This document shows, piece by piece, positions 12,601 through 25,765 of a stretch of 64,000 bases of DNA. The stretch comes from Anolis carolinensis (lineage: Eukaryota), in contig NC_085842.1 in NCBI RefSeq assembly GCF_035594765.1, forward strand, positions 232,077,747-232,141,746, in the 5' to 3' direction. Within the stretch, counting starts at the first letter, position 1. Each line of letters opens with the position of its first letter. The notes below the pieces were generated by a model. It was not told where the DNA came from, made no database searches, and saw nothing but the letters and a program-made list of their open reading frames with translations. Position numbers and translations under genes: made by a program.

Positions 12601-14157
12601 GAAGCAGATTCTCTCGGGTTGCTTCATAGGAAGATCTCATGGAAGATGTTCCCTTTCTTTGTTGGCAGTCATCCGAAGGTCTTGTATCAAACAGTAGATT
12701 TTTGAACCATCCTTCACATAAACTAGGAAGATAAAAGACAACTGTAAACCTTGATTCTCAGTCCATAGCTAACGCCCTTCTCCTCTTGAGAAACAAAAGT
12801 AACTTAAGGACAGTTCTGACTCTTAAGGTGGGATCTACACTGCCCTATATCCCAGGGTCTGATCCCAGATTATCTTCTTATCCCAGATTATCTGTCAGTG
12901 TATTCATATAATCCAGTTCAAAGGAGATAATCTGGGATCGAATCTTGGGTTACAGGGCAGTGTAGATCTAGCCCAAGAAAGATATCAATCGCCAAAAATG
13001 GTTTCTGCTTAAAGCCATTGCTACATCCTAAAACACATTTAATACACTAAGAAATTGCATAGCTGGTGACTGGAACAAGTGAGGAATAATGAACTCCCCA
13101 CTGATCAAGAATGGTTTGCCTATTGCTCTTTTTATATTGCAAAAAGTTACCATATACAGGCAGTTCCCAGTTTAAAGAACAATATCGGTTCTGTAGGTTT
13201 GCTCTTAAGTTCAATTTGTATGTCAGCCTATATATACACACACATATACACACACATGATTTGGATAGTATAGGGAAGGGTGGTATTTGTTTTGCTGTCT
13301 TTGCCCCTGTTCAGAAGATTTCACAGCACTTTCTGTTTCTCTGATGATGGGATTTTGAAAAAAAAAAACATTGCTTGTGAAAATAAGGATTGGTGATAAA
13401 ACTTTAGTGGAGACACCTTTTCCCCATGATAACTCTTTCAGGAATGACTTTCCCTTCTGAGGGGCAGATTTCTTTCACTTTCTGTTGTCTTACCCCTATT
13501 CTTAGCTATGAGTCATTTGTAAGTCAAATGTTTGCAACTCTGGGTCTGTCTGTACTTTTGTTTGGGTTAAAAAGAACAATTTGCTTTAAACTGAATAACT
13601 TCAAAATGATATATAATTGTATATACTACTGCTCATGTACACAAAAACAGTTGGTTTGGGACACACATTCCAAATTTTTCTTCTTTAAAGATTTCCAGAT
13701 TTATATTGCTTTCAGTGGAAGACTGATTCTGCCCCTTTGCTTTAGCATTCTGTATTGACCAAAATATTTCAAGATACTGTAATTAAAGCTAGTTGTAGAC
13801 AATAGGATATGTATGCTTTTGCATATGATAGTCTGTGTATTGTTCTGAAGGGTGGCTTTACACACAAGCTAAATTCTAATTTAAATTTTACACACTCCCT
13901 CAAATCTCTTGAGGGAGATTTGAGGGAATGTGTAAGTGGATTTCTGAGAACATGTTTCAATACTTTAATAACTTGTTCTCTGAAAGTATTGTAGAAAACG
14001 GTAGGATTGTACCTATTTTAATGCCCAACATTTAACAATATATTCTGATATATGTTCTGATAAAACCAGGTATTGAGTGAGATTATAGATTTAATTTTCC
14101 TATACATTTAAAAATAATCTAGGCTGCTTTTGATTTCCCATTTTTAAAAAAGATGCT

Positions 14158-14348
14158 AGATCATGCATGATCTTGGAAGTTAAGCAGAGTCAGCCCTGGT
14201 CAGTACTTGGATGGAAGAATACCAGGGTCTGTATGCTGTATTTTAACCTGGCAAAACCACCTCTTAAGTATTTCTTGCCTAAGAGAATCCTATGAAATTT
14301 ATGGGATATTCATAAGTCAACAGGTATTATGAAGGCATGCACACAGAC
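14158..14348 (+). mobile_element. 5S rRNA-derived SINE, degenerate
   Basis: GATCTTGGAAGTTAAGCAG...CCTGGTCAGTACTTGGATGG matches the 5S internal control region. The tail is shared with repeats at ~4625-4720 and ~11265-11425. Confidence 0.6.
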
Positions 14349-17300
14349 AAACATATTTTTAGCTAACAGGTAATATGTGCCATGCAGTGAAATATCATCA
14401 GAGCATTCAGTAGTGCCTATTGTTAGAAACCAACAATATCAAAACATAATAATAAATAATAAAGTAATAAATCAAAATAAATCAATACATTTAAGACAAA
14501 TTATCCTGTATTTACTCCCACAATATTGTTTCTAAAAACTATGTAACAAAAAGACTTTAGTGCAAGACTATGTAATTTATCACTGCAATTCCTCGTGTTG
14601 GTTTTCTTTTCTCAGTTCTTTTTACGGGAATAAGTGTCTGATGCTTTGGAGGGCAAGAAGAAATTGTACTTCTAGTGTATAAGACATGAGAATGTTATCA
14701 TAAATCAAGTTAGGCATAATACATGCTATTCTTCTAAAGCAACAAAATTACTTTTTAATCTGCAAAGGATTCTAATATTCAGTTTTTCAGTTTTTATAAT
14801 TGTTTTTTTCTGGTTTCTAAAAATTATGTACCTCTAGCAAAGGAGTATTAAGACTACAGACAGGCATAGTGTGGTCCTCCAAATATTGTTGAACTTCATT
14901 CCCAAACATTCCTCAAAAGTATCTATGCAAGCTAGGACTAATAGGCATTACAGCCCAGTGACTTTTAATGGGCTGTAGTCATTCCTATCTATTTATTTGT
15001 TTGATTATATCGTGCTTTTCTTCTGAATGGGACTCAAAGTGGCTTATAATATAATAGAATATCTAAACTATTCATAAAGATTTGGTGATCCTCTAGATCT
15101 TTGTACCACTGACCTATGTGTGCTAACTTTCTTCTAGTATAAGCTACCTTATGAAAAAAATCCTCAACATTGGTCTGTAAATACATTTTAAACTACTCAA
15201 AATTGAGTTGAGCTGTTATTTGTTTTAGCACATTGCTATATATTGGACTTACTCAGAAATTAATGGGCTTGATCCATATGCCTAAGAGAACACCCATATT
15301 CTTAGGAATATGGAGAAGGACATACTTTGATATTGCCAGTTTTTCTTATACTTTGCGGAATACATCAGTTCTTGACTGATTTTGGAAGCTAAGCAGAATC
15401 AGGTCTATTGAATACAATTTCTTATCTAGAAATCAGAAACACTGCAAAAAACTTTTTGCGACCAGCCACTCATTTTGACATTTGGGGAAAGTCACACATT
15501 CAGTACTTGTTGAATTTTCCTGTAAGGAGACACACTTTCTTACTGTTAGAAATGAGATGGGGAAAAGAGAATAAGGTTCTGTTTGCACATAGCCTTTGTA
15601 AAAACCAGATGTCCTAGATTATTTTATGCCCATTTCCCTCCTGGCCAAGGGCAAAGTGTGGCAAGATGGGCACCTTGGAAATGGGCTGCCAGCTGCCACT
15701 TGTATCCAGCCAGAGAGAATAAAACATGCTCTGGAGATGTGGGGAGATGTTTTCCCCTCCCTTCATAACTACTTTGTTGAAAAGGCAAAAAGTATGCTGA
15801 CATCTGGGAGAAAAACTAATTGTGAGAAAACCCAGTAAGACTTTTGACTATCCCCCTTCCCCCCACCATCCATTCATTATGTATATGCAAATACAAGTCC
15901 AAAATCTAGGAAAAATGACAAAAACATGTGGTCTAAAGTATTTCAGAGAAGGTAGGCTTGACCTTAGAAGACAGACCTTGAGAAATACCAGGGAACTCCA
16001 GGCAGAGTAAGGAAAGGACTCTAGTTGAAAATCTGGTGAACCACTGCTAATGAAAGTTGACAGCACTGAACCAGATGGGCCAATTGCCGGATCCAATATA
16101 CACAGCTTACTATTTTGTTAAATACAGTAGTTTGTGTAGTAAGCACAGAAAATTGGTGTTATTTGGCCATAATGGGTGCTTTATTTCTTTCCTGACTCAA
16201 CTTCACAACTAGTGTGTTGTGCAACTGCTCTAAGCAGGTTTTGACAATGTCATACTTAGAATGCCAGTGGCTACGTGAGAATTCCCTCCATTTCCACCAT
16301 TTATAGAGCTTAACTTCTATTTTCTGCAGCGTGAAAACACTCCGGGAGAACCAAGCTTGGTACAGACAGAGCCTTGGGGAAATATTCGCCATAGTAATTA
16401 TAAGCTTTGCTGATGTTCAGGGTCTAAGTATGAGCAGTCTCCTGTTAACAACCATCTTGAGAAACTCTCTGAAGGGTTTTCACATTTAGAAAATGGGAAA
16501 GTGTTTTGGGGTGTGTTTTATTTTAAAAGATATGATCTATCTCACAAAATGTTCCTCAGAGAAGGGTGGAATCATGCATGAGTTTTGCTGCTAGTGCTGT
16601 CCTCAAAGTTTAAATAAGCTGTTGTGTCTTTGTAGTTTAATTGAATGTCATTTTTAATGGGGTCAGTACTTATCATGCAAAGCCCATACTGAATGATAGT
16701 AATATTCAGAGAACAGACAGGTAGAAATGAAAGAAATCTGGAATCATTAGAAATGTTTGGCCTGTGGATATTTTCTGCTGAGATCAACTATACATATTCA
16801 TATTCTCCTTACATTCTATTACAGCATATGTGTGCAGAAGATCTTCTGTCTAAACAGGCAATCATGTGAATGGAAAGTAAGAAAGAAGTTTCACTACCTA
16901 CCTATTGGGGGGGGAGGGGATCTATTTTCTTGCTACTCATTATGAAAGGTAATGTTCATAGTTTCAATTACGTCGTGGAAATTAATATTTCATCAACATG
17001 GCTGAAATTTATTTCTCCCTTTTACACATACACTATATTGGACTATGTTGGGTTGGCTCCAAGTCAAAGGAGAGTTTGTTGTGTTGTCGAAGGCTTTCAT
17101 GGCCGGGATCACAAGGTGGTTGTGTGTTTTTCAAGGTTGTATGGCCATGTTCCAGAAGCATTCTCTCCAGACGTTTCACCCACATCTATGGCAGGCATCC
17201 TCAGAGGTTGTGAGATATAATGGAAAAAACTAAGCAAGGAAGGTTTATATCTCAAAGGAGAGTTTGCACACTGCATACCACACATACGCAGTTTTTGTAC

Positions 17301-17449
17301 ACAGATTTCTACACCAGTGTACAATTGTACAACTGGTGTGTAAAATTCATTTCAATTGTTCAACATGGTTTCTAGCCAATGAGAGCCACTGAAAGTATTT
17401 TAGTGAGATTTAAGTGAATTCAGCTTATTTTAAGTTGTAAAATCTGTTG

Positions 17450-17452
<3 letters not shown>

Positions 17453-17487
<35 letters not shown>
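17453..17487. repeat. (GT)n microsatellite
   Basis: Read directly from sequence. Confidence 0.95.
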
Positions 17488-17488
<1 letters not shown>

Positions 17489-18426
17489 TGGGGTTCTTCC
17501 TTCCTAACCCATTATTTTACTTCTCAAATATTATAGACTATCTCATTAATGAGGAAAACCCCAAGTTTGATACTCACTATGGCCTCATGCCAATGCATTG
17601 GTGGAAATATTTCTAATTTGTCAGGACTCTCAGCCACAGATACAATTTTCCCAACAATGTGTGTATATGCAAGAGGAATGCAAACGTGTTTAGTGATGTG
17701 GTTACAATTTAACCATTGAAGGAATTGTTTTAAATCATGATGTTTATAACAATATGTATAGGTCTCCAGATGTTGTTAAACCATAATTCCCATAATACTT
17801 CAATCTTTCATAATGGCCAGAGCTTCTGGAAAGTGAAGTCCAACAGCATTAGGGCATTCAGAATTGAGAAACACTGATGAGGAAATTATATACAAACTCA
17901 GAAAATGCTTGCCTTAGAATGTGCATCTATCCAAAAGGGAACTTAAGAAGGCAACAACAAGATACATATAGACTTTAAACATTAAGGATGCCTAGAATCA
18001 TGATTCTGCATATTCCGTGTTTTATCAGCATCACTCAAGCTTCTGACTGTGAAAGTTGTATTAGTCTTTTTTTACCCCCCCCCCCCCCCCAAAAAAGAGC
18101 ACTGCCAATCAGTCCAATCTACTTCTATCTTTTCATCCAATGTATCTAAAATAAGGAATGTCTAGGGTCTGGCTCTCTGGGGTACCATTTTTAAATGACC
18201 CAATGAAGAAGCCTTTATTAAGACACCCTGTTGAAGTCCTGCATGTTGAAAATACATATTCTTATGTCTTGTGATGGGATCATATTCTGGAATCATCTCT
18301 GATGTCGTGATTGGCCTCTATTTTCTCTGTAATCAGGGAGAATGTGATAATGCATCTTCTGAACTTCGCTTCTACAATTGTTTGGAGAATATTTCATGTT
18401 TTATTGTTTTATTATAAATATTATTA

Positions 18427-18746
18427 CAGTAGAGTCTCACTTATCCAACATAAACGGGCCAGCAGAATGTTGGATAAGTGAATATGTTGGATAATGAGGG
18501 ATTAAGGAAAAGCCTATTAAACATCAAATTAGGTTATGATTTTACAAATTAAGCACCAAAACATTATGTTTAACAACAAATTTGACAGAAAAAGTAGTTC
18601 AATACGCAGTAATATTATGTTGTAATTACTGTATTTACCAATTTAGCACCAAAATATCACAATGTATTGAAAACGTTGACTCCAAAAATGCGTTGGATAA
18701 TCCAGAACGTTGGATAAGCGAGAGTTGGATAAGTGAGACTCTACTG
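18427..18746. mobile_element. Tc1/mariner-type MITE
   Basis: TIR CAGTAGAGTCTCACTTATCCAAC, TA target duplication. Confidence 0.9.
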
Positions 18747-21335
18747 TATTATTAATATACAACAAATAATATAGTAATTATTGTTTTGTTTTTTATTTTT
18801 GTGGTTTTCGGAATGTAGGTATAGAAATTGTTTAAAAGAAGGATATAAATGTCACTTTTCAATAATGTGGAAAATAATTTCTGACCCCAAAGTCTGAAGT
18901 GATCCAGCTACTACATTATCTGTTTATTGTCCGCAGATACTACCATTTCACAGACATACTATTTTATTGTTTTCAAAACACAAAAAGATAGACTATATCA
19001 TTTATCTGAAAAGTTTCGTGGTTATAGTAAAAAAATTGACCTTTAATGCTTTGTTGCTGGCTAGGATAATTACCTATCTATTGCTACCGATAATTAAAGA
19101 TCCTGATACAGAGGTGGGGACGTTTTTATTAGGAGTTTTCAGTTGGCAATGGCCTTCTAAATAAAGGATTGTTTTTCTAACTGTAATATGATACTCAGAG
19201 AATGTATTTTTTAAAATATGTTTTACGCTGCTCAGTAGCAAACATTGGACAAGGTTCTACATGTGCTACTCCGTTCTATAACTAGTTAAGTTGCATAGCT
19301 AAGTATTATCTCCCCACAATCCTGATTTGCTGGACTTCAGCTACTATGGCAGTTTATGTTTTTCTGTTGATTGTGATGCATTTGCACTGAAAATTGCACC
19401 TTGTTACGAAAACCATCTCCAGTGTGACAGCTAGAAGCAGGACCCCTGATAAAATTCCTCCATGTCCCAGAGATCATTCACAGGCAGGATGTGAAAATGG
19501 ATTGATAGAACAAACCCTTGTCTGGTCATCAGAATTGTGGTACTTTTACGATCGCTACGTATTTCTTACACTATTGAATACACAGGGATTGCAGATATCA
19601 ATTAGCTACCAATTAGATTTCTCATCTGTAACTGTAATCACGACTCATTTTCTGTATGCTTTATAAATGAAGTTTTGCAAGTAAATTCCTTTGTGAAATA
19701 CAGTGTCCTAAATGAAGTTGCTAATCCCAACAGAGTTTATTGAAAATCATGGGGTTTATGTAATGTTGACTTGCTGTTCACTGATTAAATTGGTGAGGCT
19801 ACTCTATTGGAAGTTGAATTAGGCTTTTTGTTTTTCAAAATTGCTGCTATTGCTAGAAGCACTTTTAAATAATAACAACTATTCAAAAGTAGAGTTTGTA
19901 AGATGACAAAGCGCAGAAATCTTGCTACAATTCTTGTAATGATTAAACATTTGTTTTGGGCCACTTTCCCTTCCATTTTACTTATTGTACTTTTCACCAC
20001 GTTTAGGGCTTTTTCTGTTTTCTTGAATGAACCTACAGATCAAGAATCTCATGGAAATAATCTTAATCAGAATTAGCTAGGAAGAGGCACAACTATGAGA
20101 AAAAAAAGCCCATTTTGAGTAATGGCAGTGTTTCTTGGATGTAATAATGGGCGCAAATTGAACTCATGAAGAGTGCCATGCCATCACTCAGATCATGTTA
20201 ATGAAGGCAAATGAAGATTATTCTGAGAAAGGGCTTCTTAAATTGGCAAAACACTTCTCATCTGTTTTAAAAAAATTGCCAAATACTGCCAACATAATTA
20301 CTGTATTGAATTGAGAGAAAATGTTTGTGAGCTTCTTTCTGACTCAGATCTACTGTTAATTGGGAAAATGTGTTTTAAAAATAGAAAATGCTGAACCAAG
20401 AGTATGGCATAATATCAGTCTTGGAAGTCTTAGGTAAACAATACCAGGCTCTGTACAATTAGACTGATTGAAACAATATTTCCTCTAAAACATACTTTGC
20501 CATTTATTTCTTAAACCCATTATTCAGAAGAATATTAGTAGTCATCACTAAATTCCCAGCTTAGTGCTCTGGACATTCATTCACTTTAATAGAGAAGCTT
20601 CCAGGTTAAGGAAGGCTAACCTAGAATACTTGATACAAATCTTTGGTGGCTAAACATAGAAGAAAATCTATTGTACTGATACTTCGCTGCTGAGGCTGAA
20701 TCACTTGCAGAAATACCTTCTGTAAGAGATTTTAAAAATTGCTTCATTATGAGTTGCCTCAATGAATCCTACATCTAGCTGCTCTAAACCTTTTTTCTCA
20801 GTAAATCCCAAACTCTACTTCTTAACAATGTTTTTGTGTTTATGGTAAAAGATTGTGGTTTTTCACTCCATTGTTTAGTATTGCAAAAAACATAGAAGAT
20901 AGATAATAATATAGCACATTCTTCATTTCTCTGTCTTTAATGAATAGATTTCCCTTCTGTTCTCTTTAAAATATTTTTTAAGAATTGCGCTGGTTATCAA
21001 TATGTTTATGGTTTCAATTCAGTGTATTGGTAATGTCATTTAAATCCTTAGATGACTTCCGATCTTGATACTTGAAGGAGTTCCTCTCCCTAAATATACT
21101 GAGATTTGAAGTCACCTGGAAGAGACTTTCTTTGTGTCCCATCAGCCAGGTCAATATAGGAGAGGACATTGTGGCACCCCAGTTAGGGAATGGCCTCTTG
21201 TTCAAAAACTGATAGGTACATATATTGCTTGTTTGCTTGATTTTGGTTGGTTGTTTACAAAAACTTTCGGAGCCTATTTTTATACGGTGTATACATGCAC
21301 ATGGTTTTGAATTGTTTTAAAGTACTCTACACTGA

Positions 21336-21662
21336 GGGGCCCCTGGTGGCACAGTGTGTTAAAGCGCTGAGCTGCTGAATTTGCAGACCAAAAGATTCCA
21401 GGTTCAAATCCCAGGAGCGGAATGAGCGCCCACTGTTAGCCCCAGCTCCTGCCAACCTAGCAGTTCGAAAACATGTAAATGTGAGTAGATCAATAGGTAC
21501 CGCTCCGGCGGGAAGGTAACGGCGCTCCATGCAATCATGCCGGCCACATGACCTTGGAGGTGTCTACAGACAACGCTGGCTCTTCGGCTTAGAAATGGAG
21601 ATGAGCACCAACCCCCAGAGTCGGTCACGACTGGACTTACCGTCAGGGGAAAACCTTTACCT
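21336..21662 (+). mobile_element. Sauria SINE, full length
   Basis: Near-identical to 5685-6013 in the opposite orientation; ACCTTTACCT tail. Confidence 0.9.
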
Positions 21663-22753
21663 ACTCTTGACTGGATTTGATATGCCTTCTTTTCACTTCG
21701 AGTTTTTTCTAATTATTTTTATTAGCCTAATTTTTTATGATTGATGTTGTTTTAAAGATAATATTTTTATTTTTTGCATATTGCTGTAGATCTTGGGATA
21801 GAAATGTTTCAATAAATTTTCTTGCAACCTGCTGTGACTTTGCAGTCATGAAAGGGGGTGATGACAGTGGGCTCTATAGGTCCCAGAAATTTGTTTTTTG
21901 TAGTCAATCAAGCTTCCCCAAATAACACATGCCTTAATTTATTTATTTTTCTCCTAGAAAGGGTTCAACACTCAAAATTGGCAAGTAATAAAATATTTTT
22001 AAAACACCACCACAAGCTCCCTTTACTCTTAACTTCGACCATTTCAGCCAGCTTCTCTCCTTCTCCCCATACCAAAAATGAAACCAGAAGTAACAGCATG
22101 CCACTTCCTGTTTCAGTTTGGTTTCGTGATTCAGCCCTCTGGACAGTTGAGATAAGTGAAAAATGTGCCCTGTAGCCAGATGTCTACTCATAGAAGATGT
22201 ATGCTTACCTCCTTGCTTTGTGTAGGGAGAATCTAATAGTTTAAAAAAATAGACCGGTTTCACCATTTCATTAAACGTGTTATTGTAACTTTGCCTCAAA
22301 TGGCATTTCATGGTTTATATATGTTTGTAGGAAATTGTTATCAAATTCTTGGTTCAAAAGCAGGAGTTTGTCTGATTCTATGAGGAATAAACCCAAAACT
22401 GGAAAACTTGCTGCTTAGCACTATATTAGAATCTCCCATTTAGCTGTGCTGGATAGGGCATTCTGGGTATTGTAGTCCAAATATGTTTTTCCCCAGCTCT
22501 GCTTAAGACACCTCCTCCCTCAAAAAAAAAATACTGTTCTGAATTTTTAATATTAACTCCTGACATTTCCCCACAACTTTGCTGTAAACTCTGTTTTTCC
22601 TCTCGCCCCATCTCTCTAAACTTCTCTTCTAGTAATTGTCATCCTTTGTAAAATAACCTTTCTCTTGTTTCTTTTTTCTAGGCCAAGCAACCTTCAATAA
22701 AGTATCGTGTTCACACTACAGAAGTCTGACAAGGATTCCCTTTATTCAGAGCT

Positions 22754-22824
22754 GGAGCGGAGGCAAGATGTTGGCATAGCTGATGAGTTAAGAACCTGCT
22801 ATGCCAACATATTGCCCTCTTTCC
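22754..22824 (+). ncRNA. MIR31: microRNA mir-31 precursor hairpin
   Basis: 5p arm AGGCAAGATGTTGGCATAGCTG (22761-22782) carries the miR-31 seed GGCAAGA. 3p arm TGCTATGCCAACATATTGCCCT (22797-22818) pairs with it. Flanks are GGAGCGG...CTTTCC as in vertebrate pre-mir-31. Adjacent to a type I IFN cluster, as in mammals. Confidence 0.97.
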
Positions 22825-23654
22825 TGTCTGCTGGCCACAAAAACTCCCATGTCTCGATTCTTTCCAGTAACCTTCTTCATAAATACAATAATGTGAAAAC
22901 ATCAACTGATGAATTTCGTATGGAAATAGAGATTTGTTTGATTCTTGTTACATCTTCAATCCAAGCGTCTAGGTTTCTCAAATAAATGCAGGTGATAGGA
23001 TGATATTGCAAATGTATGTGTCCACAACAGTGAATCCTGTGGATGGACTTTGAAAGATCTTCCTAATACTCTGGAGTTGCCTGATCAGCTTATGCCATAA
23101 GAGGTGCTTGTGACCCCAAAATTTGCTCACTAAGTTTTTGGGATGATAAAAAATGGGAGTGAAGTTGATAGTGGGTGAGGCCAGAGCCAAAGCAGGCTAG
23201 AGTTATCCTATTTATATTTTTCCCATCTTATGATGTGAGAAGCTACAAAAATCTAGGTGGAGCTCATGGAATCTTGGGAAAGGGAGGGCTATGATAGATG
23301 GTATATGATCTTATCTGTTAGGTGAGTATATGAGGTCATCAGAAAAAGACAGGGCTAGCTAAACATGGAATGAGGGCCAATTAGGGTGAGAGGAATTGAT
23401 GATATAGGGTTTGGGAAACTGAAAAGTCTTCCTTTGTCTGAAACAAAGATATTGCTCTCCACTTCGTCTATAATCAGCATAAGGCTATATGTTTGTTTCA
23501 CTGTATATGTAATAAATATTTAATGTTTTAATTTTCTTCCTCTCTGCCTGGATGTTTTAATTTAATTAATAAATAAATAGGAGGATGACTCATACTTTTC
23601 AACAATGACTCCATTGATCAATATAGTCTTTTGGCCATTGATTACCTTGTAATC

Positions 23655-24216
23655 AGTCGGTGAAAACAAGACCTGGAGCTGACTGTAGTTCAGATCACGA
23701 AATTCTTATTGCAAAATTTAGAATCAGACTAAAGAGAATGGGGAAAATACACAGACCAATTAGATATGATTTCACAAATATTCCTAGTGAATATGCAGTG
23801 GAGGTGAAGAATAGATTTCAGGGACTAGATTTAATAAATAGAGTCCCAGAAGAACTATGGACAGAAGTCCACAACATTGTTCAGGAGGCAACAACAAAGT
23901 ACGTCCCAAGAAAAAGAAAAAAGAAAACCAAGAAGGCAAGATGGTTGTCTGCTGAGACACTGGAAGTAGCCCAAGAAAGAAGGAAGGCGAAAGGAAACGG
24001 CGATAGGAGGAGATATGCCCAATTAAACGCACAATCCCAGAGGCTAGCCAGAAGAGACAAGGAACTATTTTTGAACAAGCAATGCATGGAAGTGGAAGAA
24101 GACAACAGAATAGGAAGGACAAGAGACCTCTTCCAGAAAATCAGAAACATTGGAGACAAATTTCAGGCAAAAATGGGCATGATCAAAAACAAAGATGGCA
24201 GGGACCTAACAGAAGC
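23655..24216 (+). mobile_element. RTE-BovB LINE fragment (end of endonuclease domain and linker)
   Basis: ORF reads KTRPGADCSSDHEILIAKFRIRLK...VPEELWTEV...WLSAETL...ARRDKE...TRDLFQKIR...DGRDLTEA; truncated at both ends. Confidence 0.9.
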
Positions 24217-25639
24217 TGCTCCTCTTTTTGTTTCTTTCTTGACATTTTAGACGTAGCTCTAATCTGTGAACCGCCCTGAGTCCCCTTTGGGGTTGAGAAG
24301 GGTGGTATATAAATACTACAAATAAATAAATACGGTAGAGTGTATCAACGCAAGCCACTTTTAAAAGCCCAACATTCCTCCCATGACATTATTTCTTTTG
24401 GACTTGCTTCCCTTATCTCTGAGCCATTTGCTGGCCCTGGTGTTGTAGCTCTAATCTGTGAACCGCCCTGAGTCCCCTTCAGGTTGAGAAGGGAGGTATA
24501 TAAATACCGCAAATAAATATTTTTTTCTCTACCCTTGCCACCTAGTAAGTTTTCAAGGAAAGGCCAGAACACTATTTTCAGACACCTGAGCTAATCGCTT
24601 GCAAAGGCCATTTGAAATTAAGCCAAGATTTTCCAGCCCTGGTATAAAATAACAGCTTTTGGTGTAACCACTATGTATCAGAATAGGAGAACCATGCCTA
24701 TCCACAACACATGACTGCTGTAGCCAAATGGAATATTCTTAACCATAAACAATTGAACCGCAGCAATATTGGAGCCACTGGTGGGTTTCTCCCATCAGTG
24801 AAAAAAATGCCATTTAATAACAATGGGAGAGTCACAATGTCATATGATAAGGAAAGATCAAACATAGTGCAACCGTGGAACAAAAATTTCATGTAACTAA
24901 GTCCTTTTATATGTACAATTCTATCTCGATAGTAAATTAAATATGTTTTATTAATTGGCTGGAAACTAGAATGTTATGTTTCCTCATTTGAGAATTGTGT
25001 AATAGACATACTTGAGATTGTTCACTTCATGTAAAAATGGTTTGAACTGCTAAAAAACATACTGACTTGGTAATTACATGATGGATTTATAACATTTAAT
25101 GTATGGATAGGTTAGGCCACGAACTCTAGGTTTTATCTCAGTCAGAATTATTTCTGTGTTTAGGTTTTATAGATGGAGGTGGAAAGTAGGGAAAGGATTT
25201 TACAATTCTACCCTGAGCATTTTTAACATTTTCAAAAATTTGTGCAAGTTCATTCCAAATTGCTGCTGAATTTTCCACAGAAGATCTTCGTAATTCAAAT
25301 TGGATTCCAATTTGCATAAGCTAGCTTCAAAGTGCATTAAACAGTCCATGAGGAAGGGACCCATGACAGTCTGGGATCCAGGATCTCATGCTTTACTCTG
25401 CCAGCATACCTCTTATAGTGAGTTCTGACTTTGGCAAAAGGCAGCACCCTGTTGTAACACATCAGAGTGTACTTGCAATTAATATTTGTAGAGTATACCT
25501 GGTAACAGTATGAAATGGCAGCCAGTGTTTTGTATCACCTCACAATGAGTGTTTTTTTTCCTAGTATCAATTCACTCTTCAACCAAAAAAAAGGTAAATT
25601 AAGTGACTTAATGAGCATGGTTGCAGAAAGTTGGATTAC

Positions 25640-25765
25640 GGAAGCTTTTAAGCAGAGGCTGGATGGCCATCTGTCATGGGTGCTTTGAATGATTTTCCTG
25701 CTGCTTGGCAGGGGGTTGGACTGGATGGCCCATGAGGTCTCTTCCAACTCTATGATTCTAATAGC
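25640..25765 (+). mobile_element. CR1-type LINE 3' end; also ~8255-8355 and ~27070-27140
   Basis: GAGGCTGGATGGCCATCTG...GGGGGTTGGACT...CTTCCAACTCT tail. Confidence 0.7.

Noticed and set aside
14158-14240. 5S rRNA gene
   Set aside because: Partial, degenerate and fused to a SINE tail.
16159-16392. ORF starting MANISPRLCL, reminiscent of IFN MRRISPFLCL
   Set aside because: In-frame stop upstream, Cys spacing too short, no YF or CAWE motif. An HMM search would settle it.
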